In this document: positions 1 to 6,040 of the stretch, in pieces | How the letters are laid out: each line of letters starts with the position of its first letter | Numbering within the stretch: position 1 is the first letter of the stretch | Origin: Candidatus Thorarchaeota archaeon | Lineage (GTDB): Archaea; Asgardarchaeota; Heimdallarchaeia; Hodarchaeales; Hodarchaeaceae | DNA: 8,978 nt | Reading direction: 5' to 3' | Assembly: GCA_048882505.1 (NCBI GenBank) | Contig: JBHLRO010000047.1 | Location: 1-8,978, forward strand | Translations under genes and position numbers: made by a program | The notes under the pieces: generated by a model | The model's input: the letters and a program-made list of their open reading frames with translations, nothing else | What the model was told of the DNA's origin: nothing | The model's database searches: none

Positions 1-389
1 AGAACATAACCCAAACGCTCTGATTTGGTTTTTAATTTCAATTCCTCGCACCCTGAGATAGAATTGCGACTGGGGTCTTCTTGGGAAGGGATTTATGTAA
101 ATTCCCTAGCCCTGAGGAATTACCTCCATTCATGCAGAACCCTCTGTTTTAAAAACTATTATAGAGTCTCGATGCGAAACTCCTTCTATATTTGTATGTA
201 GGTTTGAGGATGATTTATAAAAATGGAGGGCCCATCTTTTCTCCATTTTCTCTGCAAATTTGTAGGACTTTATTCCAGTTTCTCCCGTTTCTAGGAAAAT
301 AACGGATAAATGAAAATTCCTCAGGAAATGAATCCTCAGGGTACGTTGCAGAAATGAAGAAAGGTTTTGGATTCGAAAGCGTCTTACTA

Positions 390-493
390 GGTGTTGAAAC
401 GAGTAGTCCAATCGTCAATAAGGATTAGGAGAAAAAAGGAGCGCAACGGAAGAGGTAAAGGGAAATTGGATTGATCTGATATCTAAACACGTT
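390..493 (+). repeat. Copy E1 (most degenerate) of a 4-copy ~95-bp intergenic element
   Basis: 390-417 GGTGTTGAAACGAGTAGTCCAATCGTCA matches 5774-5801 at 25/28 nt. Also carries AGGATTAGGA (421-430) and the 3' block GGATTGATCTGATATCT (468-484). ATCGTCA-to-TCTGAT spacing is 64 nt, as in E3 and E4. Confidence 0.85.
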
Positions 494-524
494 TATTAAC
501 AGTTGCGGTAGAATAAAACCAACG

Positions 525-889
525 GTGGGATTCGAGCTGGACCAACAGGGAATCACTTGGAGCGGGGCAGGGATGAAGGTGCTTTTTGACCTGGTGCTAT
601 TCTTAATCGGATGGTTGTTTTTTACGTATGTTCCGGAGGAGCAGGCAAAAACCTGGGCGCTGGCCTTGGTTCTAATGATTGTCGGGGGATACCTCCTCGT
701 AAAACATGTACCTCTGCTACTTTCTGGACTCATGGTGGAGGAATCGATAACGACCCCGCGCATCTGTCTAGCCTGCCATTTTGCCAATCCAAGCATATAA
801 GTGAAAATTGCAGCAAGTGTGGAGCAGGGCTTCCACCAAGGGAACAAGAACAGGAAATTAGGTTTAAGGGTAATCTCGATTCTTGGTAA
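525..889 (+). pseudogene. Frameshifted small membrane protein with C-terminal zinc ribbon (paralog A of 5420..5758 and 8502..8831)
   Basis: ORF 525..800 aligns with 8502..8831 (KVLFDLVLFLIG / KVLIGLMLFFIG; LMIVGGYLLVKHVP / VMILGGNLLLKHTP; PRICLAC / PRICPEC) but stops after the first CxxC. The second CxxC (SENCSKCGAGLPPREQ, cf. SVRCNNCGTALPPDEQ) is in the frame of ORF 611..889. Removing AT at 795-796 restores C-x2-C-x10-C-x2-C. Homologous start position is CTG 537; ATG 573 is an alternative. An assembly error cannot be excluded. Confidence 0.8.
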
Positions 890-1592
890 TCAATTCAATA
901 TAGAATCTTACCAAATCCTTCTCTGGAACTTCGTCAGGAGTTCCCTTCCACAGGAGTCTACCGTGGTGGATAAACAGATATCCAGTGCAAAATCCTCCTA
1001 GATCTTCCAAAGAATGACTAGAAACCAAAAAACTGGTTCCAAGGATATTGTGATATTCTACAACAATATCTTTCAATCTAACTTTTGCCAGGGGATCTAG
1101 ATTTGCAAAGGGTTCGTCCATAATAGCAATTTCAGGAAGGCCCATCAAGCATTGAACAATGGCCAATTTCTGTTTCATACCGGACGATAAATACCGAATT
1201 TCTCTTTCTAATATTAGCTCTGCTTCTAACTTTAGGAGCAGATATTGAATAAGAGGATTGATACGCGTAGCGGAGATTCCATAGGCTTCAGAAACAGTCC
1301 TAAGATACTCCTTAGAGACATAACCAGAAGGAAAACGCTGCGAAGTAAAACAAACCCCAATTTTCTGTTTTAATTTGAGATTTTCCGTACTCGGATCCTG
1401 GCCAAGGACATTCAGGCGGCCGGAAGAGGGGCGGATTATGTTCCAGAGGAGATTAAGAAGTGTGGTCTTGCCTGCTCCATTGGGGCCAATTATCCCCCAA
1501 ATTCCCGGTTTCAGGGCAAAAGAGACATTTACTAACGCTTTAGTGCTCCCGTAGTTTTTACACAAACTTTCCGTGTTGATGATTTCCTTCAT
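864..1592 (-). CDS. ABC transporter ATP-binding protein (ABC-2 / CcmA-like exporter ATPase)
   Basis: Walker A GPNGAGKTT, signature LSSGMKQ, Walker B IAIMDEP, H-loop SSH. Start placed at ATG 1592 (MKEIIN), which overlaps the permease stop as ATGA and follows GAGGAG; the ORF track's 1634 start is probably too long. Confidence 0.95.
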   Translation of the reverse strand: MKEIINTESLCKNYGSTKALVNVSFALKPGIWGIIGPNGAGKTTLLNLLWNIIRPSSGRLNVLGQDPSTENLKLKQKIGVCFTSQRFPSGYVSKEYLRTVSEAYGISATRINPLIQYLLLKLEAELILEREIRYLSSGMKQKLAIVQCLMGLPEIAIMDEPFANLDPLAKVRLKDIVVEYHNILGTSFLVSSHSLEDLGGFCTGYLFIHHGRLLWKGTPDEVPEKDLVRFYIELITKNRDYP

Positions 1593-3244
1593 AGGTCTCT
1601 CCTCATAAATACGATACTGCCGACGATAATACATCCTAATGCAAGGAGAAAATGAAATCCAATACTAATCCCTAGATCGAGTATTGCATCATGTAGGAAG
1701 AGCAATTTGTCTTCCAGTATCCAGTCTGGAGCTATTGGTCTGATAAAAAAGTATTCTATCACTCGTTCAGGAACGAAAATTGAGAGATAGGAGTCAAATG
1801 TTTCCTGGGCATGAGGAAGGTCTAGAAACTCTTGTGTATAGGGAAAAAAGCGTGATTCAAGATCCGCTGAGACGAAAAACCAACTAGCTATGAATCCTAA
1901 CCATGAAATTACAGTGTAACGGGAATTCTTCAGGATTAGAGCCAATAAAAGAGACAAACATGAGAGGGTAAATGAGACAATGCCATAAGCAAAGAAGGGA
2001 ATCCAAAGCAGATCGATCGGTTGAAATCCAATGGTTGGGTTTCTCAGAGGAACTAAAACAAAGGTACCCCCGACAAATGCAACGCAGATCAAAAAAGACA
2101 CTAGTATCAATACACTAAGCTTACCGAGAATATATCCCTTTCTCGATAATGGCAGGGCTAATCTTACCTTGTGGACTCCCTCATCGAAATCACGACATAA
2201 GAAAAGAAGTGTAATTGTTAGAATAATGCTGAGTACAATTATATAAAAACTAACACCGATGTTTCCTATTGTTGTTCCAAATTCCCCGAAAACATAGCCT
2301 CCTGAAGGCTCCCAGGCCGTATAAACCTCACGAAAACGTTCAAGAATGATAGTTACGGTTAAAGGGATGAACAAAATTACAAACGGACTCCCAAACACCT
2401 GAAAAAGCTCGAACTTGAAAAGGATGAGGAAGTTTTTGATCCTAATAGGAGGCAATCGTCCATAAGGAACAGATTCCTTGCTGTCAGAATCTTTAGTGGA
2501 GGAGTTCATTCCTTCTAAAACACTAACTAGGGTAGAAGCATTTGAACCGTTAATTATAGATCGAGGTGGTTGGTTCTTCGAGATAGAGGCCTTTATCGTT
2601 GGAAGTAAGGTAATGCCGATACCTAGTACAAGGGCTAAAGTCAACAAACCAGTTCCAAGCCACATTATTCCATTATCTTGGCCAATGATTCCATACTCGT
2701 CTACAATCAGTGTTCCAGTCAAATTCTGGGCAATTGAAAAAGCATCGGCCAAATAAATGACGATATACGCGTCATCCATTGGAATCGAAAGATGGGTTGT
2801 TCTTCGCTGTGATAATTGTTCATCATAGGTGAGATTAAGGAGATGATGAGCGTGTGGAGCCAAATTTTCAAGTGTGATATCCGTACGCCAATTCCGGTTC
2901 TCATCTTGAAGAAGGGGTTGGTCTTCTTTCCCGTTCAACAACAAAACGTGTATGCCAAATCCTGGGTCAGTTTCCGCAGTGAATCTATTTAACACCTCGA
3001 TCTGCTGACCTACTACCCCTTGAGGGAATTTCCCCCAGTTTAGTACTTGGTAGTTCTTTTCATTGTCGTCCCACCCAAATCTATACACATATCCCCCATA
3101 AACATTATATCCCATTGTAAGATTGGAATACCCTCCAACCAGAATCAGACTGGCAAGAATTAACCCAAGACTGACATAAATATAGCTCCGGGACTTGGGA
3201 CTGAGGTTGAATCGAAACTCGACATATCGACCAATTACACCCAT
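1589..3244 (-). CDS. ABC-2 type permease with an additional N-terminal TM / extracellular domain / TM module
   Basis: C-terminal half has about six hydrophobic segments and the ABC-2 motif DFDEGVHKVRLALPLSRKGYILGKL, and is translationally coupled to the ATPase. N-terminal half has TM, ~150-aa soluble region, TM and a Ser/Lys-rich linker. ATG 3244 preferred over TTG 3292, which overlaps the upstream gene by 32 nt. Confidence 0.88.
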   Translation of the reverse strand: MGVIGRYVEFRFNLSPKSRSYIYVSLGLILASLILVGGYSNLTMGYNVYGGYVYRFGWDDNEKNYQVLNWGKFPQGVVGQQIEVLNRFTAETDPGFGIHVLLLNGKEDQPLLQDENRNWRTDITLENLAPHAHHLLNLTYDEQLSQRRTTHLSIPMDDAYIVIYLADAFSIAQNLTGTLIVDEYGIIGQDNGIMWLGTGLLTLALVLGIGITLLPTIKASISKNQPPRSIINGSNASTLVSVLEGMNSSTKDSDSKESVPYGRLPPIRIKNFLILFKFELFQVFGSPFVILFIPLTVTIILERFREVYTAWEPSGGYVFGEFGTTIGNIGVSFYIIVLSIILTITLLFLCRDFDEGVHKVRLALPLSRKGYILGKLSVLILVSFLICVAFVGGTFVLVPLRNPTIGFQPIDLLWIPFFAYGIVSFTLSCLSLLLALILKNSRYTVISWLGFIASWFFVSADLESRFFPYTQEFLDLPHAQETFDSYLSIFVPERVIEYFFIRPIAPDWILEDKLLFLHDAILDLGISIGFHFLLALGCIIVGSIVFMRRDL

Positions 3245-3260
3245 TCTATTTCCATTCTTC

Positions 3261-3683
3261 TTATTGTGGGGGACACGTTTTAGCCTGGTCAAAATCGACT
3301 AGGGCTTTCATGTGAATCATACTTTTCCCGAATTCAGTGATATTGTAGTAATTAGAGTCCTTAAAGAGTTTTACGGTCTCTATACATCCTACACGGGTAA
3401 GGATTTTCAGATGGTGGTTGATACTCTTCCAGCTGAATTTTAATCGCTGACTCAACTGATAACAATTCATCGGACCCCCTCCAACTAAAGCCTGTAAGAT
3501 TTTAATTCTCGTCCCTTTTCCTCTCGATCGTTCCAAAAGAACTCTTACAACATTATTCTGGCTTTTATCGATAGTCCTACTAATCGCTCCTTTAGGTTTG
3601 GCCACAGTTCGATCTTTATTTCTTTCGTCCAACAGTATCCCTGCCTTCCTTAGATGCTTGTAGAAATTAGCATTATAATCCAT
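3261..3683 (-). CDS. ArsR-family winged helix-turn-helix transcriptional regulator
   Basis: SRGKGTRIKILQALVGGGPMNCYQLSQRLKFSWKSINHHLKILTRVGCIE matches the archaeal ArsR/HTH_20-like pattern (R-x2-I-L...PMN-x2-QL-x3-L-x5-I-x-HHL-x2-L-x3-G-x-I). First gene of the ABC operon. Confidence 0.85.
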   Translation of the reverse strand: MDYNANFYKHLRKAGILLDERNKDRTVAKPKGAISRTIDKSQNNVVRVLLERSRGKGTRIKILQALVGGGPMNCYQLSQRLKFSWKSINHHLKILTRVGCIETVKLFKDSNYYNITEFGKSMIHMKALVDFDQAKTCPPQ

Positions 3684-3714
3684 TAAATTAGATCAAGGCC
3701 ATCATGATGCCTCC

Positions 3715-3721
3715 TTATAAA
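3715..3721 (-). promoter_or_regulatory. Putative archaeal TATA box of the ArsR-ABC operon
   Basis: Minus strand reads TTTATAA, 32-38 nt upstream of ATG 3683, consistent with a short-leader transcript starting near 3690. Confidence 0.5.
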
Positions 3722-4550
3722 CCTAGTAGGTCAATATCTTCACCACATTTTTCCAATGATTGAGGTAAAAAAGCTCAATGGCAGAGAGAAAGACAAAATC
3801 CAAAAAAATAACTTAGGTTTCCTAACTGTTCTAACCCATTAGCATTTGCCGTATACAAAAGGTTGGTTAGGTAATGACTGGAACTTCTATGCAGTGGGGT
3901 GAATAATGGGAGCACTACGAGAAGTAAGGTTATTAAAGAAGATTTCAGCTGAATCCATGTGCTTTGAAATCTCGAGGAATTGGAAGGGTCATTCTTAAGT
4001 GGATTAAGACTTTTTTTCCAAAATCTGTGCCCTGAAACACCAATTTACTTTTGCATCGGACCTTAAACTTAATGCAGTACTCCCCGGAATGGTAAAAATG
4101 AAATGTGATAGATCTTTACCGCGTTACTGATATTGCTTTAGGGAGAATTCCCCACTTGTCAAAGGTTCCCAAATAATTTGATTTATCTGCTTTGGTTTTC
4201 AATCTTTTTATCTAGCGTTAAAATGGCATCCAATGTACGGTTGAAAAGGGTTTTGTAATTATTTCCTTGGGTCCTATAATATACCATCACCTACAGGTAA
4301 CCATAATTCCCTAGATCTGAAAGATAACCTAAAATCACAGGGTACTCGAGGGAACAATACAAAACACGATTATTAATCGCAAGGTGTGTCGAACATGTTC
4401 ACTATATTTTTGCAGTAGGACTCAAGTGAGATATAGCTTAACCATGATTTATCACTAATTTTACCATAATTTGTAAATTAAGCTTATTAATGAGTTTAAG
4501 AGGAAAAATACGGCATCTATGTTATGATCAGTTTCGGTGAGGTGATAATA

Positions 4551-5060
4551 TTGGCAAGATCTAAAATGAAAATGTTTTCAGTACTATTGATCCCTTTGAT
4601 GGCGATGTTAGTTTCAACGATACAGGTTCAGGCAGTAGAAGTTGGTTACTATTCAGCTACCAGCTATAGAGTCTCTTCCACTGCAAATTGGAACAGTCAA
4701 TCGGGGTACGCTCCGGATTACTATCTCCAGGTCTCGTATCGAAATACTGATGGTTCTTGGAATGACAAAGCATTAAGGTTTCTTGTTTCGGCCGTGGCTA
4801 ATTTTGATATCTACTTTAATCCAGAAAAATCCTTAGGAAGTGGCACAGCTCGCAACGATGGTTACACTCCAGTTAGAGTAAGACCCATGGTAATAAGATA
4901 TTACTTTATATGGATATTTTTACATTCTCAAAGTATCTATGGAGGTTGGTGGGAACTCACACCACCAATAGGCACAAGTGCGCATGCTTACACCATGAGT
5001 GCTTATTATTACGGCGGTGGTGCCTCAACCTGGTATTTCCACATCACTAGGGCATATTAA
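4551..5060 (+). CDS. Hypothetical secreted protein (signal peptide; Tyr/Trp/Gly/Ser/Thr-rich, Cys-free)
   Basis: Open frame 4524..5060. GAGGTGAT at 4539-4546 favours in-frame TTG 4551. N-terminus has a basic stretch, hydrophobic core and VQA-type cleavage site. Followed by a T-tract. No family recognised. Confidence 0.75.
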   Translation: MARSKMKMFSVLLIPLMAMLVSTIQVQAVEVGYYSATSYRVSSTANWNSQSGYAPDYYLQVSYRNTDGSWNDKALRFLVSAVANFDIYFNPEKSLGSGTARNDGYTPVRVRPMVIRYYFIWIFLHSQSIYGGWWELTPPIGTSAHAYTMSAYYYGGGASTWYFHITRAY

Positions 5061-5075
5061 ACGTGCATACCTGGG

Positions 5076-5089
5076 TTTTTCTTTTTTTT
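5076..5089 (+). terminator. Oligo-T archaeal-type terminator
   Basis: TTTTTCTTTTTTTT 15 nt after the stop codon at 5060. Confidence 0.65.
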
Positions 5090-5276
5090 CTGAACCGTGC
5101 CTACAACCGAGACCGGCCAGAACGAGGAAGAATGGCCGAACTCAGATTTCTCAAAAGCAGTAACCGTTCCGGAGTTGCTAGGGAAGTATCAACATCAAAC
5201 GGAGTAAAAACCTACGTTTGAGACCCGGTACTCAAGATATTCTTACACCGAGACTAAATTTAGATCAGCTTTCCAA

Positions 5277-5379
5277 GAAATGAGCGGCCCCATCGTCAGA
5301 CAGGATTAGGATAGACGAAGTATCATAGAGCGATGGAAGAGTGGGGGTGAAAAGGATCGGTCTGATGTCTGGTACCGCT
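5277..5379 (+). repeat. Copy E2 of the 4-copy element
   Basis: 5292-5311 ATCGTCAGACAGGATTAGGA matches 8377-8396 at 19/20. 5354-5372 GGATCGGTCTGATGTCTGG matches 8434-8452 at 17/19. Block spacing 69 nt. Confidence 0.9.
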
Positions 5380-5419
5380 GATCTGATTGAGGGTAAGAGT
5401 GAAGTAAGGTGGGATTAAA

Positions 5420-5758
5420 TTGGATGTTCAAAAAGAAAATTTGAGGAGGTGGGATTTCAAAGCAATCCTGGGGGTAGGCCTGACTATGGGAGCATTTGTG
5501 ATCCTTCTACTCCCAACACATGGAGTGGGCAGGTTTGACCTGTTAGGATTTCTTATTCGTGCGGGGATCGGCTTGGTTACCCTGATCCTAGGGAGCTATT
5601 TACTCATCACACATGCGCCCTTCCTGCGTGTGGAACAGAGATGGTGGAAACCAGCAGAAATCTGGATCTGTCGTAAATGTGGATTTGGGAACAAAAGAAC
5701 CAGAACCCAGTGTGTCAAGTGTGGCGTGGAATTTCAAGCCGTCGATCGTAAGAGGTAA
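5420..5758 (+). CDS. Small membrane protein with C-terminal zinc ribbon (paralog B)
   Basis: Two to three hydrophobic segments, LILGSYLLITHAP motif shared with paralogs A and C, CRKC-x10-CVKC zinc ribbon (zinc_ribbon_2/DZR-like spacing). TTG start after GGTGGGATT. Confidence 0.8.
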   Translation: MDVQKENLRRWDFKAILGVGLTMGAFVILLLPTHGVGRFDLLGFLIRAGIGLVTLILGSYLLITHAPFLRVEQRWWKPAEIWICRKCGFGNKRTRTQCVKCGVEFQAVDRKR

Positions 5759-5773
5759 TAAGGACAAAGTTTT

Positions 5774-5870
5774 GGTGTCGAAACGAGCAGCCCAATCGTC
5801 AGATAGTAGTAGGATGATAAACCAATCAAAGGTAAGAGAAAGATGGGAACAGGAGCGGTCTGATGTCTGT
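5774..5870 (+). repeat. Copy E3 of the 4-copy element (directly after paralog B; no paralog downstream)
   Basis: GGTGTCGAAACGAGCAGCCCAATCGTCAGATAG ... GGAGCGGTCTGATGTCTG. Block spacing 64 nt. Confidence 0.9.
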
Positions 5871-5875
5871 GGATC

Positions 5876-5881
5876 TTTTTT
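5876..5881 (+). terminator. Possible oligo-T terminator immediately after E3
   Basis: TTTTTT 5 nt after the 3' conserved block of E3. Confidence 0.35.
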
Positions 5882-6040
5882 CTAGGATACAGGCATCAAA
5901 TGGGAGATTTGTTGAATTCGCATCATTCTGGCAGGTTGACTTTAGAAACATTAATTTATTGAAAATGTGTGAAAACAGGATAATCGTTTTGAAGAGCCAC
6001 AATATTTAGATTTTAGCATACGATGAGCAGGGGTGATTGA

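Noticed and set aside
130-847. Minus-strand ORFs 130..411, 215..418 and 425..847
   Set aside because: No recognisable motifs or SD. They overlap each other, E1, or the antisense of paralog A.
801-2904. ORFs 801..1001, 2031..2246, 2478..2756 and 2719..2904
   Set aside because: Antisense or alternate-frame shadows of the ABC ATPase and permease.
3688-3715. AGGAGG + micro-ORF MMALI upstream of the ArsR gene
   Set aside because: It lies between the putative TATA box and start site, so it is probably not transcribed; the ATGs come from the CATCATGATG palindrome.
5208-5280. RYSRYSYTETKF as an IS4/IS5 transposase YREK remnant
   Set aside because: Spacing does not fit Y-x2-R-x3-E-x6-K; no other DDE motifs or terminal repeats.
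5811-5863. Element as box C/D sRNA (AGGATGA ... CTGA in E3)
   Set aside because: CTGA is conserved but pairs canonically with TCAG. The box-C-like heptamer occurs only in E3, and no C'/D' boxes are conserved.
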